In this document: positions 21,792 to 29,509 of the stretch, piece after piece | How positions within the stretch are numbered: the first letter of the stretch is position 1 | How the letters are laid out: each line of letters starts with the position of its first letter | Assembly: GCA_002495025.1 (NCBI GenBank) | Contig: DADP01000025.1 | Location: forward strand, 6,212-70,211 | Direction of reading: 5' to 3' | Source: Desulfurococcaceae archaeon UBA285 | GTDB taxonomy: Archaea > Thermoproteota > Thermoprotei_A > Sulfolobales > Desulfurococcaceae | Length of the DNA: 64,000 nucleotides | Position numbers and translations under genes: made by a program | Notes under the pieces: generated by a model | Told to the model about the DNA's origin: nothing | Database searches by the model: none | The model's input: only the letters and a program-made list of their open reading frames with translations

Positions 21792-22082
21792 CGCCCACGG
21801 GCAGAGCTCCACGCGGGGTGTATACAAACCCACCAGAGCCATCCCACGCCGGCTCCCTCCGGTGACCCATGAACGCTGGCGTCCGGGATTAGGTTGCTCC
21901 CTTCCGGGCCTGGCCTGGTTCTCCCGGCTAAGGCGGTTCACCCCCTCTCTCCAGAGGGGGCTCCGCCTCCGCCAGCCCCATGGGGCGGAGTTCATTGCCT
22001 ATGCGTGGGGGATGGTGGGTTTGTATACACCCCGCGTGGTTGTCTGCCCCGGTGGGCCGGGACCTACCCCTGCCCGTGGGCA
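21792..22082 (-). ncRNA. signal recognition particle (7S) RNA
   Basis: This is the only strongly GC-rich block in the window. The minus strand reads GGCCAGGCCCGGAAGGGAGCAACC (conserved helix 8 motif). Terminal helix 21793-21804 pairs with 22070-22081, and a 26-nt arm at 21809-21834 pairs with 22014-22039. Length is about 290 nt; ends are good to about +/-10 nt. Confidence 0.85.
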
Positions 22083-22121
22083 TTTATTATTATTGCTTCT
22101 TTGTCTTTAATAGGTTTTTAC

Positions 22122-23186
22122 CTATAGTGTTTTTAGTCCTGAGCCTGTTAGGACTATTAGTGTTTTCGACCCGCTTGGTATTTTATTCATTATTTTCTTG
22201 TATCCAGCGTATGTGGCTGCTGATGTCGGTTCTACTAGGAATCCCTGTTCCCATAGTTCACTGTGTGCTCTAGTTATTTCTGTGTTTCCTACTAGTACTA
22301 CTTCTCCACTTGTTGATTTTACTGCTTCTACTATTTCTCTTGTTCTCGGTGGATTTGGTACGAGTATGCCGTCTGCGAGGTTTGATTCTTCGCCTTTTTC
22401 TTCGGTACCGTAGAGTTCTCTGTATACTGGTTGACAGCTATATCCCTGAACACCTATAATTCTAGGCATTCTATTTATCAATCCACACTCTTTTAGCTTC
22501 TTGAAACCATAGTGTACGCCTAGGAGTAGTCCTCCCGAGCCAACTGGTACTATAACTACGTCTGGAACTCCCTGTTCCTCGAATACCTCATATGCTATTG
22601 TAGCATGTCCAATTGGATATAAGTGGTTCCATATGTGTCCGACATAGTATACGCCTGGTTCACTCATAAACCGTGTAACTAGTTGTGTAGCAGTGGCTCT
22701 AGATTCTGCTTCTACGAGTCTACCACCTAGTTTTAAAACAGCTTTTTTCTTTCCTTGTGGAGCAGTAGTAGGCATTACTATTATTGGTTCTAGCCCGTAT
22801 AGTTTAGAGTATAGTGTTACACTTATACCAGTATTTCCACTTGTATCTACAAGTGTCTTTTTAAATCCTAGTTTATAGCCATAAGCTATTGCGAGAGCAG
22901 TACCTCTATCTTTAAAACTACCACCTGGATTGAGATAGTCTAGTTTAAAGAGTACTCTGTGTTCACCTATTTTCTCTTCTACAAGTGGTGTTAATCCTTC
23001 ACCTCTATATTTTCCTGGTTTAAATGGTATAAACCCTCTATACCTCTCCCACACGTTTTTCGACTCTACTATTTCACATGTTGACTCATAGTCTAGTATT
23101 AGTGGACTACTACACCTAGGACACTTCCAGTAGTATTCAACACTCGCATCTACTTCAAACCCGCAGTTTAAACACTTCCACTTCAA
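22122..23186 (-). CDS. thrC: threonine synthase
   Basis: N-terminal zinc ribbon (CLNCG...CPRC), PLP-lysine motif GGSFKDRG, and a tryptophan-synthase-beta-like fold. TTG start. Confidence 0.8.
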   Translation of the reverse strand: MKWKCLNCGFEVDASVEYYWKCPRCSSPLILDYESTCEIVESKNVWERYRGFIPFKPGKYRGEGLTPLVEEKIGEHRVLFKLDYLNPGGSFKDRGTALAIAYGYKLGFKKTLVDTSGNTGISVTLYSKLYGLEPIIVMPTTAPQGKKKAVLKLGGRLVEAESRATATQLVTRFMSEPGVYYVGHIWNHLYPIGHATIAYEVFEEQGVPDVVIVPVGSGGLLLGVHYGFKKLKECGLINRMPRIIGVQGYSCQPVYRELYGTEEKGEESNLADGILVPNPPRTREIVEAVKSTSGEVVLVGNTEITRAHSELWEQGFLVEPTSAATYAGYKKIMNKIPSGSKTLIVLTGSGLKTL

Positions 23187-23210
23187 TTTAAATCAACCAA
23201 TAAATTATCT

Positions 23211-23222
23211 ATTGTTTAAACA
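23211..23222 (-). promoter_or_regulatory. ATTGTTTAAACA element, probable TATA box of thrC
   Basis: Begins 25 nt from the thrC start codon (23186), identical in sequence and offset to the polB copy. Confidence 0.5.
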
Positions 23223-23279
23223 AGTAATTAAATTATTCTTTATAAGTTCGAACTGCGCTCTCTATACATAGGTGAAATA

Positions 23280-26200
23280 TTGAATAAATCATATACATAC
23301 ATACTACTCTCCATCCTACTACTATCTCTACTAGCTATTAACGGGTTGAATATAGTAACCAATATTATAGAAGCTAGTACAGAAAAAATCTATGTAGCGT
23401 TTGTCTGGCATTATCACCAGCCATGGTATTACAGTGCAGATGAATCCCACCTCGTACTACCATGGGTTAGAATGCAAAGTGTTGGAAACTACTATAAAAT
23501 GGCTTATATTCTAAGCAAGTATCCAGATGTAAAAGCAACATTTACCTTCTCGGGATCCCTACTAGAGCAAATAATAGACATGGCTGAAAACGGGAGAATG
23601 GATAAGAGACAGATAATATCGTGGAAAATCGCTAATGGAACAATAACAAAAGACGACGTATTTGAAATGCTTAGAATTCCAGGGGGCTTCTTCGATGTAA
23701 ACTGGGCGAGAATAATCAATAGATCTCCTAGATATAGTTCTCTAAGAGACCTAGTACAGAGATTAATAAGTGACTGTGGTAGAACAGCTAAGACTGAATT
23801 AGAGTATAAAGAATGCATTGTAAACGGGTTTACCCAGGGTAATCTACTAGGACAAAACACTATTGATTTAGCAGTATTATTCAACTTAATGTGGATTGAC
23901 CCACAAGTAGCCAGGGAGAAATACCCTGAAATATATAGTATGCAGGAAAAAGCCTATACACAGAGCAATCCTGGATTTACAATAGAAGACCTGGTTAAAG
24001 TATTAAGAGTACACGAAGACATAGTGAAAAACATTATTCCAATATATAGAGAACTAGCAAGCAAAGGACAAGTCGAAGTCATACCCGTACCATACAGCCA
24101 CCCACTAGCCCCACTAATAGTAGACTTTGGCTTCTCAGACGACCTAGAAGTACACGTAAAATTCAGTATTGAACTCTTCAAGTCAAAACTAGGTGTTACA
24201 CCACACGGTGTATGGCCGGCCGAGCAAGCAGTAAACGAATATGTCGTAAGAGCTTTTAGAAGAGCTGGTATCACCTGGACTATAACAGACGAGTCAATAC
24301 TTGGAGCTACTGGTGTAAACACTAATGACATTGAAAACCTCGGTATACCATGGTATATAGACTTCCCAGAGGGCAGAATATACATTGTATTCCGCGATAC
24401 AGAAGTAAGCAACTTGATTAGTTTTCAATATAGTAACTGGGATCAAGACCAAGCCGTAAACGACCTCGTAGATAAAATACTAGGCATAGCCAAGGGCGCC
24501 AAGGGGCCTAGACTAGTAGTTATAGCACTAGATGGTGAAAACCCATGGGAAAACTACCCTGAATTCGGAGATGTATTCCTCAACAAGCTATACTCTAGAC
24601 TCAGCGAGCTACAAAAACAAGGTGTAATCGAGACTATTACACCGGGAGAATTTATCTCTAGATTCCCGAATGTAGCGAGAGAACTACCATTAAATCAATA
24701 CAAATACCTAGACTTACAGGGTAGAGATATTGCTGATCTACCAGAGAATAGTTATGGAGACGCCTACTCAGACCTACCACGTAAAACAATACAGGCTAGA
24801 CTACCAGAGGGTTCTTGGGGTGGTGGAGAAGTAGCTATTTGGATTGGACATAGACAAGAAAACACTGCCTGGATGTGGCTTGTAAAAACAAGAGAAGACG
24901 TTTTCAAGAAGCTAGGTGTATCATCATTCAATGAACTCTACGATAAACACCCCGTAATAGCAAAATATATTATGAAGGCAGAAGCAAGCGATTGGTGGTG
25001 GTGGTATGGTGGAGATGGAGGAGGATCGCCAGCAACATTCGACCCATTATTCAAGGCATATTTAGCTAGGGCATATGAACTCGCCGGCCTCACCCCGCCA
25101 GAATACCTATTAGTCTCTGCTTATCCAGATGGAACACCAATAGGTACACTCAACCAGAACGCTCCGAGACTGTTAGATAAACAACTAACAGTTGACGGCT
25201 CACTGGAAGCTACATGGTCAACACTTGTAAATGAGGGTAAAGCACTACAAGTAGTAGTAGGCGAGAAACTACCAGTAGTCTACGTAGCACTTGATTCAAA
25301 CAACCTCTACTTCGCGTTTAATTTAAAGACAACTACTCTATCAAACACTAAAATAGCAGTTTACTTTGCAACACCAGTTGTTAAAATGACACCGTATAAT
25401 CCAGAATACAATGTATACCCAAGAAACAGTAGAATAGACCTCGGTATACACCTAGCTAGAGAACTATTAATAGATCCAGTAGCTAAAACAGCAGTTATCT
25501 CGAAGGCCGAGGGAAGAGGAGGATGGATTAAAACCAGAGACGTCAAAGAACTAGCTATTGGAGGAAGTAGTGGAAACTACATAATTGAATTATCAACCAG
25601 CATTAAAGACCTAGACTTGGCAACCGGCCAACTAGCATTCTTTGCAATAGTATTATATAGCAGTAACGAGCTAGTAGAGTATTCATCTAGACTTGGACTA
25701 GCATACATGCTCTCTATACCAATACCACCACCCGAAACAACTAGTGGAGGAGTATTAATGGATATTGCAGACCCAGAGGGAGACGATGATGGTGCAGGCG
25801 GCTATGGCTATCCATCAAACCCAGCATTCCAACCAGGAGTATTCGATTTATTGAGGTTTACTATGATAGACCAGGGAGACAAGTTAATGCTTAGATTTGT
25901 ATTTAAGAATCTAGGTGGCAATCCATGGGGCGGGCCAAACGGCTGGAGCCTCCAGCAAATACACGTCTATGTAAAGACAACTATGCCAGCTACGGGCAAG
26001 AAAGACACGTTTGGACTTGGAGTAGAAATAGCACATGGATGGCATATGGCTCTACTAGTAGCTCCTGGCTGGGGCACAGACCCGCTACCACAAGGCGAGA
26101 AAACAGCACTATACTACTATGATAAAGACACGCCATTAGTACAAAACGGCGTGTTAAAGGCCTACGCTGATCAATCCACGAATTCAATAATAGTAGAGGT

Positions 26201-26714
26201 TTCAAAACAAGTATTATACGATGTTGAAAACGCTGGTAAATGGGTCATAGCAGTACTAGTTACTAGTCATGATGGATACGGTGAGAATAAAATAAGATCA
26301 TTTACTATTGGTGGCGGTGAGTGGCAAGTAAACGTGCCAGCGGAATACTCACTTGCCATACTAAACGGTGTACTACCAAAAGTACTAGATGTACTCGCCC
26401 CCACGAAACAAGACCAGTATAGTATGCTCCGCTCGTTCAACATAGATGAGAAAACACCTGCTCAAATATATGGAGTTGTCTATATGATTACAATATACAA
26501 ACCAGTACTCACACCCGTTATAACAACAACGATTACGTCAACAACAACTATTACAGAAACAATTGAATCGACAAAGACTGTTACAGAGACTACGAGTCAA
26601 CCAGTAACTATAAGAGAAGTTGACACAGCTACATCAATAGGTATTGGAATAGTAATGTTGATAATTGGCTTCTCTACTGGATACCTATTTGTTAAAAAAG
26701 CTAGTAGGAAGTAA
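23280..26714 (+). CDS. cell-surface GH57 alpha-glucan hydrolase (amylopullulanase/amylase type) with glucodextranase-like C-terminal domain and membrane anchor
   Basis: N-terminal signal/TM. GH57 regions FVWHYHQPWY, GQVEVIPVPYSHP, GVWPAEQAV and ALDGENPWE. Later DPEGDDDGAGGYGYPSNPAFQPGVFDL, then a Thr-rich linker, a TM helix and KKASRK. Confidence 0.85.
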   Translation: MNKSYTYILLSILLLSLLAINGLNIVTNIIEASTEKIYVAFVWHYHQPWYYSADESHLVLPWVRMQSVGNYYKMAYILSKYPDVKATFTFSGSLLEQIIDMAENGRMDKRQIISWKIANGTITKDDVFEMLRIPGGFFDVNWARIINRSPRYSSLRDLVQRLISDCGRTAKTELEYKECIVNGFTQGNLLGQNTIDLAVLFNLMWIDPQVAREKYPEIYSMQEKAYTQSNPGFTIEDLVKVLRVHEDIVKNIIPIYRELASKGQVEVIPVPYSHPLAPLIVDFGFSDDLEVHVKFSIELFKSKLGVTPHGVWPAEQAVNEYVVRAFRRAGITWTITDESILGATGVNTNDIENLGIPWYIDFPEGRIYIVFRDTEVSNLISFQYSNWDQDQAVNDLVDKILGIAKGAKGPRLVVIALDGENPWENYPEFGDVFLNKLYSRLSELQKQGVIETITPGEFISRFPNVARELPLNQYKYLDLQGRDIADLPENSYGDAYSDLPRKTIQARLPEGSWGGGEVAIWIGHRQENTAWMWLVKTREDVFKKLGVSSFNELYDKHPVIAKYIMKAEASDWWWWYGGDGGGSPATFDPLFKAYLARAYELAGLTPPEYLLVSAYPDGTPIGTLNQNAPRLLDKQLTVDGSLEATWSTLVNEGKALQVVVGEKLPVVYVALDSNNLYFAFNLKTTTLSNTKIAVYFATPVVKMTPYNPEYNVYPRNSRIDLGIHLARELLIDPVAKTAVISKAEGRGGWIKTRDVKELAIGGSSGNYIIELSTSIKDLDLATGQLAFFAIVLYSSNELVEYSSRLGLAYMLSIPIPPPETTSGGVLMDIADPEGDDDGAGGYGYPSNPAFQPGVFDLLRFTMIDQGDKLMLRFVFKNLGGNPWGGPNGWSLQQIHVYVKTTMPATGKKDTFGLGVEIAHGWHMALLVAPGWGTDPLPQGEKTALYYYDKDTPLVQNGVLKAYADQSTNSIIVEVSKQVLYDVENAGKWVIAVLVTSHDGYGENKIRSFTIGGGEWQVNVPAEYSLAILNGVLPKVLDVLAPTKQDQYSMLRSFNIDEKTPAQIYGVVYMITIYKPVLTPVITTTITSTTTITETIESTKTVTETTSQPVTIREVDTATSIGIGIVMLIIGFSTGYLFVKKASRK

Positions 26715-26720
26715 TAGGTG

Positions 26721-26726
26721 TTTTTT
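26721..26726 (+). terminator. oligo-T tract after the GH57 gene
   Basis: TTTTTT lies 7 nt after the TAA/TAG double stop. Confidence 0.4.
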
Positions 26727-26772
26727 ATCCCTGTTTAATCACATTTAAATAAATGGATTTGAGTGGATTGTA

Positions 26773-27951
26773 ATGGCACGTGTTGAACTCAGAAATATTG
26801 TTAAGAGATTTGGTAAAGTAGTAGCTGTTGACCACGTTAATTTAAAAATAAATGATGGAGAATTCTTTACACTACTAGGTCCAAGCGGCTGTGGTAAATC
26901 TACTACTCTGAGAATAATAGCTGGGTTAGAGTTTCCAGATGAAGGAGATGTTTTAATAGATGATCAAGTGGTTACAAATCTACACCCTAGAGATAGAGAT
27001 ATTGCAATGGTATTCCAGAACTACGCTTTATACCCACACATGACTGTCTTTGAAAACATAGCATTTCCACTTGAAGCCAGAAGAAAACAACTGGGATTAA
27101 CCAAAGAAGAAATTAAAAAGAGAGTACTTGAAGCAGCTAGATTCCTGGGGATCGAGGAGCTACTAGATAGATATCCAAGCCAGCTGAGCGGTGGACAACA
27201 ACAAAGAGTAGCACTAGCACGAGCACTAGTTAGAAAACCAAAAGTATGGCTACTAGACGAGCCCTTAAGTAATCTAGACGCTAAATTAAGAATATTAATG
27301 AGGAGTGAATTGAAGAAGCTACAGAGAACACTCGGTATAACAACAATCTACGTTACCCACGACCAAGTAGAAGCAATGAGTATGAGCGACCGTATAGCCA
27401 TTATGAATAAAGGTAGAGTACTACAAGTAGATACACCAGACAATCTATACAATAAACCACAAGATATATTTGTAGCTACATTTATCGGCAATCCACCAAT
27501 GAACCTTATATCCTGCGAGCTAGTAGAAGAACCAGTTGGCTTCGAATACACTGTTCCAAGCGGACTAGAAGGAAGTATTCTAGGAGAAGGTAGAATTAAA
27601 TCAAACTACCACATAGTATGCTACGACCTACTCAAAATACCCATTGCACCAAAATACGCTGAGACAATAATAAAAGAAGATACTAGAACAGTATTTCTAG
27701 GTATAAGACCAGAATACATAGAGCTGAGCAAAGAACCATTCAAAGACCCATACGGTATCTTAAAAGTCAAAGTAGACGTTATAGAAGTACTCGGCTCAGA
27801 AAACATAGTAAACATTCTAGTAGGAAACGACCTAGTCAAAGTGAGAACACCAGCAACACTAAAACTAGAACCCGGAGAAGAAGTATACTTGAAACTAGAC
27901 CTTAGAAAAATCCTGTTATTCAATGCTAAAACAGGGAGACTAATAATATAG
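26773..27951 (+). CDS. ABC transporter ATP-binding protein, MalK/UgpC sugar-import type
   Basis: Walker A GPSGCGKST, signature LSGGQQQR, Walker B LLDEPLS, and a C-terminal regulatory (TOBE-like) extension. No permease or binding-protein genes are adjacent. Confidence 0.85.
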   Translation: MARVELRNIVKRFGKVVAVDHVNLKINDGEFFTLLGPSGCGKSTTLRIIAGLEFPDEGDVLIDDQVVTNLHPRDRDIAMVFQNYALYPHMTVFENIAFPLEARRKQLGLTKEEIKKRVLEAARFLGIEELLDRYPSQLSGGQQQRVALARALVRKPKVWLLDEPLSNLDAKLRILMRSELKKLQRTLGITTIYVTHDQVEAMSMSDRIAIMNKGRVLQVDTPDNLYNKPQDIFVATFIGNPPMNLISCELVEEPVGFEYTVPSGLEGSILGEGRIKSNYHIVCYDLLKIPIAPKYAETIIKEDTRTVFLGIRPEYIELSKEPFKDPYGILKVKVDVIEVLGSENIVNILVGNDLVKVRTPATLKLEPGEEVYLKLDLRKILLFNAKTGRLII

Positions 27952-28115
27952 AGTCTTTTTCAACCCGATTAAAATCCTTTATTTATCTTGGTTTACGTAT
28001 TATCTACAATGAATATCTCAATCCATTTTTCCATTTCATTAATTTCACAGTGAATGCTCCCGTTGAAAACCACAGTTTAAACAACTTTAGACCTATACCT
28101 TAAAACACGTCTTAA

Positions 28116-28682
28116 TTGTATATTGAAGTTAGAGTGATAGTGATGACTACCGCTAGGAGCGCTATGACGAAACTCGTGCTTCTCAAAGACTTAGATAGCA
28201 TTATTGATTTCTCAAGGGCTACTAATCAATTCAGTATTATCTTATATCTTGCTGAAAAACAACAACCTGTATCAATAACAGAGCTCTCGAGAGCTATAGG
28301 AGATTCGAGAAAGTCTATTCTAGACTCTCTGCGAAAACTCGAAAGAAAAGGTTTAATTGTTAGAGTAGACCAAGAAGACGATCTATACGTGGGGTTGAGC
28401 GAGCATGGCCGTGAATTTGTTCGTAGACTTATAGAAGTCTTAACACCTGTTAAAACAGCAAGTGATAATATAAGTGATAATATATTAGAAACACCAGTGA
28501 GACTAAATTTGTCGAGAGAACTAGTTTTATCTATAAACCTCTATAAATTGCTTGTCTATGTAGGATTATCTAAGAAAGGATATGCTACAATCAGCGAAGC
28601 AAGTAAAATCCTTGTTGACGCAGAGAAAACCCTCAATATTCTAATCGAGTCTTTTACACGTTCTCCAACGAGGTTTTTTTAA
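28116..28682 (+). CDS. winged-helix transcription regulator, upstream frame of a gene split at a T7 run
   Basis: wHTH pattern: FSIILYLAEKQQPVSITELSRAIGDSRKSILDSLRKLERKGLIVRV. A second HTH begins at ATISEASKIL. The ORF ends ...AGG TTT TTT TAA. The likely real start is ATG 28143. Confidence 0.7.
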   Translation: MYIEVRVIVMTTARSAMTKLVLLKDLDSIIDFSRATNQFSIILYLAEKQQPVSITELSRAIGDSRKSILDSLRKLERKGLIVRVDQEDDLYVGLSEHGREFVRRLIEVLTPVKTASDNISDNILETPVRLNLSRELVLSINLYKLLVYVGLSKKGYATISEASKILVDAEKTLNILIESFTRSPTRFF

Positions 28683-28998
28683 ATTAATTGAAAAAGAAGG
28701 AGAAAAAGTATTAGTACTAGATAAACAGGGATTAGAAGTTTTAAAAAAGATCCCCCACTACCGATTATTCAATGAAAACAGGTTTTACAAACTACTTGTA
28801 TATTTAACTGGTACTCCATGGCTTAGCGAAATACAGAGAACTGTAAATACCATTCTAGGAGTTATCATAGCTGTTCTCAGTGTAGGAGTCTTCTTAGCAG
28901 GGTATAAATGGCTTGTTATTCTCGGCTTAATTACTTCTCTACTACTAGTTGTCTTCAATATTACGCTAAGTAAGCTTGGAGTAAGTGCTCTTGGCTAG
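28681..28998 (+). CDS. downstream (+1) frame of the same regulator: wing of second wHTH plus two TM helices
   Basis: 105 sense codons with no ATG/GTG/TTG anywhere (so missing from the ORF track). Reads KLIEKEGEKVLVLDKQGLEVLKK...ILGVIIAVLSVGVFLAGYKWLVILGLITSLLLVVF. The frame is open from 28645. Confidence 0.6.
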   Translation, partial: KLIEKEGEKVLVLDKQGLEVLKKIPHYRLFNENRFYKLLVYLTGTPWLSEIQRTVNTILGVIIAVLSVGVFLAGYKWLVILGLITSLLLVVFNITLSKLGVSALG

Positions 28999-29310
28999 TT
29001 TATTTAGCTTCTCGAAGACACCTAGTAGTTTTTCACCTAGTTTAACAACATCTACTCTCTCATCGACCTCCATTGCTAAAATTTTATCTTTATTGACTAC
29101 CACGAGATACCTCTTATTGAGTTTCCTATCGTATAATAGCATATAGGATAAATCCGGTGTTCGAATATACAACTGATCAAAGATATCCAAGACCTCTCTA
29201 TCTATATGAGGAGGCCAATATGCAATAACCCCATGGGTAAAACTAGCAATAACTACTTGTTTAACTATTAATCCATCAACAATGACGCTCAATCCCTCCC
29301 AAGCAATCAA
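28966..29310 (-). CDS. hypothetical protein (114 aa)
   Basis: ORF only; mixed alpha/beta character and no motif I recognise. Its 3' end overlaps the regulator's downstream frame by 33 nt. Confidence 0.4.
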   Translation of the reverse strand: MIAWEGLSVIVDGLIVKQVVIASFTHGVIAYWPPHIDREVLDIFDQLYIRTPDLSYMLLYDRKLNKRYLVVVNKDKILAMEVDERVDVVKLGEKLLGVFEKLNKLAKSTYSKLT

Positions 29311-29384
29311 CTCGCTAACCCCGCTCTTCCCTCCTATACATACATAGCATTAAATTACCTTAAAACCAACATCCCCACACCAAC

Positions 29385-29472
29385 GTGTAAACCCAGTGGA
29401 TTCGACGGCCCGGCGAAACCCTCATTAACCAGTCAATGTCGACGAGACGCCGAAGAAAAAACCGTGTTTTTT
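29385..29472 (+). other. GC-rich structured island ending in an A6C/GT6 hairpin: candidate small RNA or cis-regulatory leader
   Basis: Locally GC-rich in an AT-rich divergent intergenic region. Contains interleaved 5-bp complementary pairs, a CCAGT-N4/5-TCGACG direct repeat, and the hairpin AAAAAAC-CGT-GTTTTTT at 29456-29472. Confidence 0.25.
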
Positions 29473-29509
29473 AAGGACAAAGAGGAAAAAATAGAAAACG
29501 AGGTGTATT

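Noticed and set aside
21809-22039. Perfect 26-nt inverted repeat (CCACGCGGGGTGTATACAAACCCACC / its complement), 180 nt apart; looked like MITE or IS terminal inverted repeats
   Set aside because: The arms are the two strands of the long helix of the SRP RNA. The outer 12-bp pairing and the internal helix 8 motif fit the RNA model, and no target-site duplication or transposase is present.
21637-22273. Five overlapping GC-rich ORFs on both strands (68-97 aa, Pro/Gly/Arg-rich)
   Set aside because: They coincide with the SRP RNA gene. The amino-acid composition is what a GC-rich structured RNA gives when translated, and no coding signal is present.
26500-26640. ACN-rich quasi-repetitive DNA near the end of the GH57 gene, considered as a tandem repeat
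   Set aside because: It is in frame and encodes the Thr/Ile/Ser-rich linker (TPVITTTITSTTTITETIESTKTVTETTS) preceding the membrane anchor. It is a coding low-complexity region, not a non-coding repeat.
29385-29455. Possibility that the GC-rich island is a decayed tRNA 3' fragment (GTCGAATCC resembles a T-loop) marking an integration site
   Set aside because: The flanking bases do not form a T-stem or an acceptor stem on either strand, and no integrase or foreign-looking genes are nearby. It is kept only as a candidate RNA/regulatory element.
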